IMG/VR virus record: IMGVR_UViG_3300045988_170206
Coordinates: 64,001-128,000 of that record
DNA: 64,000 nucleotides
Strand: one strand, 5' to 3'
DNA from: a virus
The translations under genes were made by a program, and so were the position numbers. Positions within the stretch are counted from its first letter, which is position 1; each line of letters begins with the position of its first letter. This document shows positions 34,093-41,837 of the stretch, piece by piece. The notes beneath the pieces are model-generated. The model did not search any database. It was not told the origin of the DNA and worked only from the letters and a program-made list of their open reading frames with translations.

Positions 34093-35664
34093 ATGGCGCG
34101 CATGAATACCCGAGGCGCGAAGCCTCGCAACATGGCTACCACTCCCGTCAGTACGACGACGGGACAGGCCTTCACCGCAGAAGGTGGAATGGGGTGGCAG
34201 CGCACCCCCAAGGGCGAGCTGTTCCTCGCCGCCGTGACCTCCCTCAACGAGGACACCTTCTACGAGACCGCCGATGAGCGCGTCAACCGTATCCAGACCC
34301 TCACCACGGACCCCGAGATCATCAACAGCCCCGAGTGGGCGCTCGGCATGGTCCGCTGGCTCCGCCAGGAAGTCGGACTCCGCTCGATCCCCGGTGTTGT
34401 CGCCATGACCGTCGTTAAGGCACGCCTGGACGCTGGCCTGACCGGCACGAACCGTCAGATTATCGAAGCGGCCATCGGTCGCCTCGACGAGGCCTCCGAC
34501 ATGATCGCCGGGTGGATGAGCCTGTACGGGCGTAACATCCCATCCTGCGTGCGCCGTGGCGTTGCCGACGCTCTGCGCGCCCGACTGTCCGAGCGTTCCT
34601 ACCTCAAGTGGGTTGGCCGCATGAACTCGGGTAGCGTCACGCTCCGCGATGTCATCAACCTGACGCACCCCAAGCCGAAGGGTAAGACGCAGGAAGCGCT
34701 CATCAAACTCGTGCTCGACGAGGGCTACGGCAAGAAGGGCGACGACAAGCAACTACCCACCATCCGAGCACGCCGTCAGTTCCTCGCCATGGACCGTGAC
34801 GCGCAGATTAGCGCCCTCACCGGCCCGGACGCGAAGGATGTCATCCGTAAGGCTGCTCTCACCCACGAGGTGATCGCAGGCGCAATCGGGACGATCCCCG
34901 CCGACGTGTGGGAAACCCTCGTCCCCGAGATGGGTTACATGGCCCTGCGAATGAACCTCCGACGCATCGAAGCATCCGGCGCGTCTCGCGCGCTGATCGC
35001 CACGATCAACGAGCGCCTGAGCGACGTGGAAGAGGCTGCGAAGTCTCGCACCATGCCGGTCGCGTTCTACGCAGCGTACAAGAACGCGCCGCTGGCCTTC
35101 GCCGCCGCCCTACAGGACGCAGCGAACGCTTCGCTCGAGAACGTTCCCGCGCTCAAGGGGCGCACGCTGGTCCTCCTGGACCGCTCCGGCTCGATGAGCT
35201 ACCCCATGTCGGCGAAGTCGTCGCTGAGCTGCCAGGACACGGCCAACGTGTTCGCGTCGGCGCTCGCTATTCGAGGCGAGAGCGTCCGAGTGGTTGCGTT
35301 CGACGATCACATGGAGGACGTGAAGGTCGCCAGCACGGACCTGCTCCGTGTCGTGGACCAGATGCCCACCGCTCGAGGCTGCACCTACACGCCGGATGCT
35401 GTCGCTTACGCCCACAAGAAGGGCGAGAAGTACGACCGCATCATCATCCTCACGGATGAGCAGTACAGGGGCGGCAGCGTCGATAACGCGCTCGACACGT
35501 ATGCTCCCAGGGTTCCGGTGTTCACCTGGAACTTGGCGGGCTATGCGACAGCGCAGATGGAGGCCCGAGAGGGCCGCTGGACCTTCGGCGGACTCTCCGA
35601 CAAGGGCTTCCAGATGATCCCGCTCCTCGAGCGCGGGATCGGCCAGTCCTGGCCCTGGGAGTAA
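34093..35664 (+). CDS. rsr: Ro60/TROVE-domain plus vWA protein (Rsr-like ribonucleoprotein)
   Basis: 523 aa. The C-terminal vWA has MIDAS LVLLDRSGSMS and IIILTDEQ. The N-terminal ~350 aa are a helical-repeat region, and the length and layout are typical of bacterial Ro orthologs. GAAAGGAGAG SD lies before the ATG at 34093. Confidence 0.75.
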   Translation: MARMNTRGAKPRNMATTPVSTTTGQAFTAEGGMGWQRTPKGELFLAAVTSLNEDTFYETADERVNRIQTLTTDPEIINSPEWALGMVRWLRQEVGLRSIPGVVAMTVVKARLDAGLTGTNRQIIEAAIGRLDEASDMIAGWMSLYGRNIPSCVRRGVADALRARLSERSYLKWVGRMNSGSVTLRDVINLTHPKPKGKTQEALIKLVLDEGYGKKGDDKQLPTIRARRQFLAMDRDAQISALTGPDAKDVIRKAALTHEVIAGAIGTIPADVWETLVPEMGYMALRMNLRRIEASGASRALIATINERLSDVEEAAKSRTMPVAFYAAYKNAPLAFAAALQDAANASLENVPALKGRTLVLLDRSGSMSYPMSAKSSLSCQDTANVFASALAIRGESVRVVAFDDHMEDVKVASTDLLRVVDQMPTARGCTYTPDAVAYAHKKGEKYDRIIILTDEQYRGGSVDNALDTYAPRVPVFTWNLAGYATAQMEAREGRWTFGGLSDKGFQMIPLLERGIGQSWPWE

Positions 35665-35674
35665 CCACCCACTA

Positions 35675-35713
35675 GGGGCCTCGCCCAACACTCCCACCAC
35701 AGGGCGAGGCCCC
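35675..35713 (+). terminator. hairpin GGGGCCTCGCCC ... GGGCGAGGCCCC after the Ro60-like gene
   Basis: 12-bp perfect stem with a 15-nt loop and no U tract. It may be a processing or attenuation structure, since tRNAs follow immediately. Confidence 0.45.
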
Positions 35714-35719
35714 ACCAAC

Positions 35720-35793
35720 GCCCCTATAGCTCAGTTGGTTAGAGCTGCGGACTTTTAATCCGAGGGTCGCAGGTTCGAGTCCTGCTGGGGGCA
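35720..35793 (+). tRNA. tRNA-Lys (anticodon TTT)
   Basis: Hand-folded. Acceptor GCCCCTA/TGGGGGC, D arm GCTC-AGTTGGTTA-GAGC, anticodon loop CTTTTAA, T arm GCAGG-TTCGAGT-CCTGC. Confidence 0.9.
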
Positions 35794-35813
35794 CTCAGTG
35801 AAAAACTGAACAT

Positions 35814-35901
35814 GGCGGGGTGCCGGAGTGGACTAACGGAGCTGTCTTGAAAACAGTCGCACCGACAGGTGCCCAGGGTTCGAATCCCTGTCCCGCCGCC
35901 A
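35814..35901 (+). tRNA. tRNA-Ser (anticodon TGA), type II, CCA encoded
   Basis: Acceptor GGCGGGG/TCCCGCC, anticodon arm GCTGT-CTTGAAA-ACAGT, variable arm GCACC-gaca-GGTGC, T arm CAGGG-TTCGAAT-CCCTG, 3' GCCA. Confidence 0.85.
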
Positions 35902-35912
35902 ACTGAATACAT

Positions 35913-35984
35913 GGTCCTATGGGGTAGCGGTCAGCCCGCCAGATTTTCACTCTGGAGACCCGAGTTCGACTCTCGGTAGGACTA
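35913..35984 (+). tRNA. tRNA-Glu (anticodon TTC)
   Basis: Acceptor GGTCCTA/TAGGACT (G1.U72 wobble), anticodon arm CCAGA-TTTTCAC-TCTGG, T arm CCGAG-TTCGACT-CTCGG. Confidence 0.8.
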
Positions 35985-35990
35985 CTCCGA

Positions 35991-36063
35991 TCCGGTGTAG
36001 CTCAACGGACAGAGCGGGGGACTTCTAATCCCAAGGTTGCAGGTTCGAGCCCTGTCACCGGAA
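35991..36063 (+). tRNA. tRNA-Arg (anticodon TCT)
   Basis: Acceptor TCCGGTG/CACCGGA (U1-A72), D arm GCTC-AACGGACA-GAGC, anticodon loop CTTCTAA (G27/A43 mismatch), T arm GCAGG-TTCGAGC-CCTGT. Confidence 0.8.
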
Positions 36064-36088
36064 CTCCAACAACTAAATAACCCACTGA

Positions 36089-36179
36089 GGGTCGTTGGCT
36101 GAGCGGCGAAAGCATCCGGCTGTAAACCGGACACAGGGTAGCCAGTCCCACACCGCAGGTTCGAGTCCTGCACGGCCCA
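36089..36179 (+). tRNA. tRNA-Tyr (anticodon GTA), type II with an unusually long variable region
   Basis: Acceptor GGGTCGT/ACGGCCC, anticodon arm TCCGG-CTGTAAA-CCGGA, ~23-nt variable region, T arm GCAGG-TTCGAGT-CCTGC. Confidence 0.75.
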
Positions 36180-36181
36180 CT

Positions 36182-36290
36182 GGTGGAGTGAAGACGCGAA
36201 TGTGTGAGTTACTTCTTTGCATAGAAAACACATCCTGGGCGTAGACCCAGGGCCCCATTTGCTCGCGCAGCCTTTCAGCTTCACTCCGCC
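36182..36290 (+). ncRNA. structured non-tRNA element 2 (Y-RNA candidate), filling the long Tyr-Gln spacer
   Basis: 12-bp outer stem GGTGGAGTGAAG/CTTCACTCCGCC (one G.U). Inner GACGCGA...CTCGCG (same sequence as the element 1 stem). ATGTGT/ACACAT stem around GAGTTACTTCTTTGCATAGAAA, plus hairpin CCTGGG-cgtaga-CCCAGG. There is no T-loop and no ORF. Confidence 0.5.
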
Positions 36291-36296
36291 CCTCCA

Positions 36297-36367
36297 TCTC
36301 GGATGGTGTAACGGCAGCACACCGGATTTTGGTTCCGGGCATCTAGGTTCGAATCCTAGTCCGAGAG
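36297..36367 (+). tRNA. tRNA-Gln (anticodon TTG)
   Basis: Acceptor TCTCGGA/TCCGAGA, D arm GTGT-AACGGCA-GCAC, anticodon arm CCGGA-TTTTGGT-TCCGG, T arm CTAGG-TTCGAAT-CCTAG. Confidence 0.8.
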
Positions 36368-36371
36368 CGAA

Positions 36372-36414
36372 CTGCGGGCGTGTCCCTGTCGAGAAGATAG
36401 TGACGCGCCCGCAG
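36372..36414 (+). terminator. hairpin CTGCGGGCG ... CGCCCGCAG after the tRNA array
   Basis: 9-bp GC-rich stem with a 25-nt loop, followed by GTTTAC. Weak as an intrinsic terminator. Confidence 0.4.
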
Positions 36415-36442
36415 GTTTACCCAGATCGAAAGGAAAACCACC

Positions 36443-37123
36443 GTGACTATTGGTGAGCGTAAGGCCGCAGCCAACAAGCGCCGACGCGCATTCCACATCT
36501 ACACGATGAGCGCCTTGACCGCCCTCTGCGTGGGCGTATTCGCAGCTCTCGCGTTCGTGGGCCTGATCGGCCCCTCCCAGTGGGCTATCAGCCGACAGGA
36601 AACCACCCTCGGGAAGGTCTTCACCGGCTGGCTGACGACCGTCAACATGCCCGCCGCAGGGTGGGGGAGTGAGACCGTGTTCGTCTCCTCCTACACGGGC
36701 GATACCGCCCACCTGACCACAGGGGAGATGGCCCCCGTCTCGGACCTGACCCTCACGGCACCGCTCTCGGCGACAGCTGAGCACGCCGTCTTCATGAATA
36801 CCCTCACCGCAGCGCTCCTCGCTGCACTCCTGCTCCTTGTGGCCGTTGCTATGTGGCCGTCCTACGTCACCGACCCTGCGCAGCTCGAAACAAACCTGAC
36901 GGGAGCGTTCGAGTGGCCCACTCCCGCGACGAGCGAGAAGCAGCGCCAGAAGGCCCGCGAGCGTCGCCAGCAGCGACTAGAAGAGTTCGCCGCAGCCCGC
37001 GAAGAAGCCGATGACCTCGACGCTGAACACCAGACCGACACAACCCAGAACGACGCGCAGGAACACTCCGCAGGCACCGAGTTTCTAGCCGCCCGCCTCA
37101 TGGAAGGAACCCGCCATGAGTGA
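36443..37123 (+). CDS. membrane protein (226 aa) with acidic/basic C-terminal tail
   Basis: GTG start after GAAAGGA. The TM segments are ALTALCVGVFAALAFVGLIG and LTAALLAALLLLVAVAMW. Confidence 0.6.
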   Translation: MTIGERKAAANKRRRAFHIYTMSALTALCVGVFAALAFVGLIGPSQWAISRQETTLGKVFTGWLTTVNMPAAGWGSETVFVSSYTGDTAHLTTGEMAPVSDLTLTAPLSATAEHAVFMNTLTAALLAALLLLVAVAMWPSYVTDPAQLETNLTGAFEWPTPATSEKQRQKARERRQQRLEEFAAAREEADDLDAEHQTDTTQNDAQEHSAGTEFLAARLMEGTRHE

Positions 37124-37520
37124 ACCTCTCATCGTCGCGTTCGCCGCGGCCCTCGTCGCGTCCGCAGCCTTCATGGTTGCCACTGTCGTCCTCATGGGCG
37201 ACACGGCCTTCAAGCGCAGCGCAGACACCCTCAGCGCCACGCTCACAGTCGCACTCATCAGCGCAGTGTTCGCCTCCCCGATCTTCACCCCGGTCACCTA
37301 CCAGGTGCCCGACGTGATCCACGCCTGGGTGAACTTCGGCCTCGCAGCCCTCGCACTGCTCCTGATGATGGTCACGGTGTGGAACATGTTCCGCCGATAC
37401 CCCGACGTGCCCCTCACGATCCACTGGAGCGCATGGGCCATCAACGGCATCATCGGCTACGCCCTATGCGGCTTCATCCCCACTATCCACTTCATCCATG
37501 CGATCAGCCCGTGGGCCTGA
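37116..37520 (+). CDS. polytopic membrane protein (134 aa)
   Basis: 8-nt overlap with the previous gene. It has four hydrophobic segments. Confidence 0.6.
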   Translation: MSEPLIVAFAAALVASAAFMVATVVLMGDTAFKRSADTLSATLTVALISAVFASPIFTPVTYQVPDVIHAWVNFGLAALALLLMMVTVWNMFRRYPDVPLTIHWSAWAINGIIGYALCGFIPTIHFIHAISPWA

Positions 37521-37533
37521 AAGGAACAACAAC

Positions 37534-38238
37534 ATGAACAAGCGCAAGTGGCTAACAGTTGAACGTGTGTGTGCGATTGTAGGAATCGTCTTCCTCTTGG
37601 CCCTCCACATCTGGCTGTACGGTGTCGTGCATTCGTCAGACGGAGGTAAGTCTGTCAGCAATATGGACACCAGTGCCGTCGCTGACGGAACCCTTAGCGA
37701 CCTCAACGAGCTCGCCGTCAATGACAACCCCACACCGCCCAAGAAGTACAACCGGGTGGAGCAGTTCGGCCCCGCTTGGAAGGACGTGGACCATAACGGC
37801 TGCGACACGAGGAACGACATCCTCGCCCGCGACCTCAAAACCATCAGCGACCGACGTAACGCCTGCGTCATTACCGCCGGCCAACTCGCAGACCCCTACT
37901 CGGGTAAGTGGATCGACTTCCGCAAGAAGGAAGCCTCAAAGGTCCAGATCGACCATGTTGTCGCCCTCGAGAACGCCTGGCAGTCCGGCGCGTACAACCT
38001 CACCCAGGAAGATCGTGAAGCCCTCGCCAACGACCCCGACAACCTCCTAGCCGTCAACGGCCACGACAACATGGCCAAGGGCTCCAAGAGCGCAGACCAA
38101 TGGATGCCACCCAACACCGCATACGCCTGCACCTACGCCTCTAAACAGGTCCAGATCAAGAACCGCTACGCTCTCACAGTGACCACACCGGAAAAGCAGG
38201 CCCTCGCCGACGCACTGGCAACCTGCACCACCAACTAG
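37534..38238 (+). CDS. membrane-anchored/secreted DUF1524 (GmrSD C-terminal, HNH-like) nuclease
   Basis: FGPAWKDVDHNGCDTRNDILARDL...DPYSGKWIDF...VQIDHVVALENAWQSGA...LANDPDNLLAVNGHDNMAKG...C matches the actinobacterial DUF1524 pattern. It has an N-terminal TM segment. ORF trimmed to the ATG at 37534. Confidence 0.7.
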   Translation: MNKRKWLTVERVCAIVGIVFLLALHIWLYGVVHSSDGGKSVSNMDTSAVADGTLSDLNELAVNDNPTPPKKYNRVEQFGPAWKDVDHNGCDTRNDILARDLKTISDRRNACVITAGQLADPYSGKWIDFRKKEASKVQIDHVVALENAWQSGAYNLTQEDREALANDPDNLLAVNGHDNMAKGSKSADQWMPPNTAYACTYASKQVQIKNRYALTVTTPEKQALADALATCTTN

Positions 38239-38251
38239 AAAGGCCATCCCA

Positions 38252-38773
38252 ATGGCATCATTCACGACAGCACAGAAGCGCAAAGTGATCCAGAGACATT
38301 ACCCCACTGCCAACAACATCGCCGTGAAGGGCAACGTCTTCTTCGCCGCCTTCCCCGACGCGGAGCCCATCATCGGCTGGCTCCATTCCCCGCGTGAAAC
38401 CCTGTGGATCCAGGCAGTCGTCCCCGTGAGTACCTGCACCGCCCTACGCACAGTGCCTCCGCTCTGGTTCATCGAAGCGGCCCAACCCTACATGCGGGGC
38501 GACGAGCGAAAGGAGTGGTACCTCTACACACTCCGAGCGGCTCAGCAAACATTCCCATCGGGGGATTACATGCGCTGGATCACTCTCAATGAGGGACATC
38601 CGCTCAGAAAGGCGTTTGGCGACTATTGCGCCTTCGACATCGAAGGCAAGGAGACAGAGTTCCGCATCAAGAACGCCGAGTTGGAGACGGTCAGGACCAT
38701 TAAGAAGGCCGACCTCCTCTACGTGCTCACGGATGAGCCAGGTAGCCTCTTCTACGAAGTAACACCTTTCTGA
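38252..38773 (+). CDS. hypothetical protein, tandem family VPPxWF, copy 1
   Basis: Shares the MA(S)FTT N-terminus, the VKGN/VKGD segment and VPPLWFIEAA with the next two genes. Confidence 0.65.
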   Translation: MASFTTAQKRKVIQRHYPTANNIAVKGNVFFAAFPDAEPIIGWLHSPRETLWIQAVVPVSTCTALRTVPPLWFIEAAQPYMRGDERKEWYLYTLRAAQQTFPSGDYMRWITLNEGHPLRKAFGDYCAFDIEGKETEFRIKNAELETVRTIKKADLLYVLTDEPGSLFYEVTPF

Positions 38774-38778
38774 CGATC

Positions 38779-39282
38779 ATGGCTTTCACAACAAAGGAAG
38801 TGCGCCCCGTCTTCGAGGCTAAAATGGGGCCAACTCGCAGGTTCGTCGTTAAAGGCGACCTAGCGTTCGCTGTCCTCGACTCGGGTAAGCCCGTGCTCGG
38901 GTTCGTCAATTTCTACGGTGGCAGGATTCGCGTAGAGTCATGCGTGACTCTCAACAGCGGTCCTGTTCCTCTGAGCGTCGTGCCACCCCAGTGGTTTGCG
39001 AACGCAGCAAACAAGTTCATCCCTCACCTGGAAATGCGCACACAGCGGGACTACTGGACTACGCTCGTCGCAGCCAGCAAAGCCCTTGGCGGCAACTATG
39101 GACACATTCACCTCGCCAAGCAGCACCCATTTGCGCAGCACACAGGAGCCGTAGTCCTCATTGTGGGGGAAAAGAGAGTGGAGGGTACAAACCAACAGGG
39201 GGAGCCGGTAGGATCCTGGACAAAGCTAGGCATCATGCAGGCCCTCACCGCCAAGCCCGGACCAATCAACTCCTGGTCCTAA
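38779..39282 (+). CDS. hypothetical protein, tandem family VPPxWF, copy 2
   Basis: Contains VPPQWFANAA. Similar length and layout to copies 1 and 3. Confidence 0.65.
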   Translation: MAFTTKEVRPVFEAKMGPTRRFVVKGDLAFAVLDSGKPVLGFVNFYGGRIRVESCVTLNSGPVPLSVVPPQWFANAANKFIPHLEMRTQRDYWTTLVAASKALGGNYGHIHLAKQHPFAQHTGAVVLIVGEKRVEGTNQQGEPVGSWTKLGIMQALTAKPGPINSWS

Positions 39283-39309
39283 TTGCAGCCACATCGGAAG
39301 GACTGAAAC

Positions 39310-39840
39310 ATGCCTTTTACGCCAAGGGACGAAGGCTACGCGCCTCCACATCTCCCGACTATCAAACGCGAAGTTAATAAGTTGATGGATGGCGTGAAGC
39401 GAGTCGGAGCGAAACAGACAAACGTATTCGTTAGCGCCACATCAGGCTACCTAATCGGCCACATCACTAGGGGAGCGTGGGTGGGGATGCTTACCCCTGT
39501 GGAACGATGCCCCGCAATGGATGTAGTTCCCCCTAAGTGGTTTGCTCGCAGCGTCGAAAAGGCCCTACGGGCAGGCACGCCGCAACAGGTCGCCTATGGG
39601 CATACCCTTCTCGTACTGGCTGAAGCTACATACCAGGGGAGCGGGTGCATTACCCTCTCCGACAATCATCCACTAGCTGTTGGAGCTGACGGTCAGCCAG
39701 CAATCGCACAGTTCTGCCTAGATTACGGAACAGCGCGGGCATATGATCGCTACGGCAACATCGTCGGACGACCAATCGGGAAGAACCGACTAGCACAGAT
39801 CCTCACTGCAAACCTGGGTGAGATCGCATTCATGGAATGA
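39310..39840 (+). CDS. hypothetical protein, tandem family VPPxWF, copy 3
   Basis: Contains VPPKWFARSV. The most divergent copy. Confidence 0.65.
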   Translation: MPFTPRDEGYAPPHLPTIKREVNKLMDGVKRVGAKQTNVFVSATSGYLIGHITRGAWVGMLTPVERCPAMDVVPPKWFARSVEKALRAGTPQQVAYGHTLLVLAEATYQGSGCITLSDNHPLAVGADGQPAIAQFCLDYGTARAYDRYGNIVGRPIGKNRLAQILTANLGEIAFME

Positions 39841-39871
39841 AGCCTGAATACCCCCTCATTCTCATCATGAG

Positions 39872-39908
39872 CGGCACCTCCCCTCTGAACACATCAAGGG
39901 AGGTGCCG
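39872..39908 (+). terminator. hairpin CGGCACCTCCC ... GGGAGGTGCCG
   Basis: 11-bp perfect stem with a 15-nt loop, about 30 nt after the stop at 39840. Confidence 0.55.
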
Positions 39909-39954
39909 TCCCATGTCGCCACATACAAGGAATCAACTGAAAGGAACAGTAATC

Positions 39955-40218
39955 ATGACACCAAAACGAAAGCGCCCCACCGACCTCACCCGCGACACGG
40001 TCCACGCGCAGAGAGACCTCGCTCGCGTCCTGCGCGCCTGGGCTGACGACCTCGAGAAGGGAGGTGCAGACATGGATGCGCTCGCCCGACGTGGGGAGCT
40101 TGCTGCGTGGGCTCAGAGGCGCGCTGAGCGTCAGATGCGACATGTGGGTGCGTCGTTTGAGCGCGTGATCGCGTGCGCGTCTTCGGCTGATCGTCGAGGC
40201 GTTACTGGTGGCCGGTGA
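39955..40218 (+). CDS. hypothetical basic protein (87 aa)
   Basis: ORF 39913.. trimmed to the ATG at 39955, after GAAAGGAA. Confidence 0.45.
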   Translation: MTPKRKRPTDLTRDTVHAQRDLARVLRAWADDLEKGGADMDALARRGELAAWAQRRAERQMRHVGASFERVIACASSADRRGVTGGR

Positions 40219-40284
40219 GGCTACGACGCGGAGGCCCTGGGGCTGCTGGTTGGTGGTTCCGGGGTTTTTCTCAACCCTAAACCG

Positions 40285-40306
40285 CCTGTGATCTACTTAA
40301 CCAATT
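40285..40306 (+). promoter_or_regulatory. 22-nt box CCTGTGATCTACTTAACCAATT (copy 2), followed by an imperfect hairpin
   Basis: 20/22 identical to 33753-33774. The downstream AAACCCATAAC matches AAACCCATCAC after copy 1. Confidence 0.6.
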
Positions 40307-40391
40307 AGGTGGATGTTAGCGCTTGCGGGCAAACTAACCCACAAGCTACGATCAAACCCATAACCCAGTCACACGAGAAGGAGACACCCTC

Positions 40392-41207
40392 ATGACCACC
40401 AACACCGCCATCGACTACACTAAGCTCGCCGACACTGCGGCCAAGACCTACACGACCTCCCGAGATGCGCGCTCCCGCGCCGTCGCCAACCTCGCCGTCG
40501 TAGACAGTGACCGACGCGGCTACCAGGACATCATCACCGCCGACGGACACATCGACGTGCCCCTATTCGCCGCCTGGTTCACCCAGGACGAAAAAGACGA
40601 AATCGCTCAGCGAGCGTCCGCCTACTACCTGGCCGCCAACAAGTTCGAGGAGTACACGCGGGGCACCATGCGCTACTTCGAGGACGCGATGGTCGCCAGC
40701 ACCACCCTCGCGCTCACCACCGAGGTCCACCGCCTCGTCCACCAGGACAGCGACATGGGTGCCCTCCTGCGCGAACTACGCGACAGCGAAGAGGGGCAGG
40801 AACTCGCTGTCTATCCCGACTTCTCTAAGATGTTCGCGTTTGTCGCCAATTTCGAGTGCCGCGCCAACAGCGCCAAGGACGCTCTTCTCGATAGCGCATC
40901 TGACACCCTCCGCAAGGCAATGGCACCCTACAACGGGGACGCTGTGACGCTCATGCTCATCCGCTTCTTCAGGAGAGACACAGACGAGCACGGAAACCTC
41001 GTCTACGACAACCACTACTTTAACCTCCGCAACCTCCCCACACTGCACGATGTTGAAGTCAACAACAACATGCGCGCGACCGAATCCAAGCTCTGCACAT
41101 ACGACATCGAACTCACCAGAGGCAACTACGTGGAAGCGCGCGACCGTCTCAGCAAGGCTATCTCGCGCGCCGCCAAGAACATGCAGGAACGCATCAAGAA
41201 TGCGTGA
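40392..41207 (+). CDS. hypothetical protein (271 aa)
   Basis: GAAGGAGA SD. Long ORF. No motif recognised. Confidence 0.65.
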   Translation: MTTNTAIDYTKLADTAAKTYTTSRDARSRAVANLAVVDSDRRGYQDIITADGHIDVPLFAAWFTQDEKDEIAQRASAYYLAANKFEEYTRGTMRYFEDAMVASTTLALTTEVHRLVHQDSDMGALLRELRDSEEGQELAVYPDFSKMFAFVANFECRANSAKDALLDSASDTLRKAMAPYNGDAVTLMLIRFFRRDTDEHGNLVYDNHYFNLRNLPTLHDVEVNNNMRATESKLCTYDIELTRGNYVEARDRLSKAISRAAKNMQERIKNA

Positions 41208-41262
41208 AACAGCCTGTGCGACTAAAAGCAGACGGACACGCAGAAAGAAAGGACAAGACACC

Positions 41263-41622
41263 ATGACCGCCATCACCGCCACCCCCGCCCGCACCCGCCT
41301 CACCGACCCCCAGACAAGCTGGGACGCGGCCCTCGCAGTGAACGCTACGAAGTCGCAGCTCCTCTTCGCAGAACTCAAGACCATTGAAAAGGAAGAATGG
41401 ATCAGTGAAGAGCTGACCGACGAAGCGTTCTTCACTCGCCTCACCCCATCCCGCGCTCGGACCATCGTGTCCGACTGGAAGAAGCGGGGATACGTCGAAG
41501 CCCTGCCCAAGCGCGCCCCGACCTCTACCGGGCGCACCGCCCAGCTCCACCAGCTCACCCCCAAGGGACGCGAGCTCGTCGCAGTCCTCCGTGAGATCAA
41601 CCGAAAGGCCAACCAGCAGTGA
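41263..41622 (+). CDS. winged-helix DNA-binding protein (119 aa)
   Basis: ARTIVSDWKKRGYVEALPKRAPTSTGRTAQLHQLTPKG is a MarR-like wing/recognition helix pattern. ORF 41050.. trimmed to the ATG at 41263. Confidence 0.55.
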   Translation: MTAITATPARTRLTDPQTSWDAALAVNATKSQLLFAELKTIEKEEWISEELTDEAFFTRLTPSRARTIVSDWKKRGYVEALPKRAPTSTGRTAQLHQLTPKGRELVAVLREINRKANQQ

Positions 41623-41837
41623 CAGAAGACCCATCCCCACCCACAAGCCCATCAGTGGCGGAAACACTAGCCCGCCTACAGCTCACACTTAAAGCGCGCC
41701 AGACCAGCGTTGCTCATGCTCTCGTCACGAGGGCACGTATCAACGCCCGAAACTATCCGTCGGAGGCGACACTGCCTCCACGAATCTCTCGCAAGAAAGG
41801 CAAAGACAAACACAATGGCAGCGAAGAAGGAAGTTAA
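41619..41837 (+). CDS. possible small protein (72 aa)
   Basis: The GTG overlaps the previous TGA (GTGA), as in many coupled genes here. It fills an otherwise empty 190-nt gap. Codon bias is only moderate, and it overlaps the next start by 23 nt. Confidence 0.3.
   Translation: MTEDPSPPTSPSVAETLARLQLTLKARQTSVAHALVTRARINARNYPSEATLPPRISRKKGKDKHNGSEEGS

Noticed and set aside
36182-36290. Possible eighth (degenerate) tRNA in the Tyr-Gln spacer
   Set aside because: It has no GTTCGA-type T-loop, no D-arm and no cloverleaf. It folds instead as a long terminal stem with internal hairpins, so I treated it as a separate ncRNA candidate.
35982-36456. ORFs (112, 89 and 79 aa) overlapping the tRNA array
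   Set aside because: They are fully explained by the tRNA-Arg, tRNA-Tyr and tRNA-Gln genes and the structured spacer. They have no SD or coding signal.
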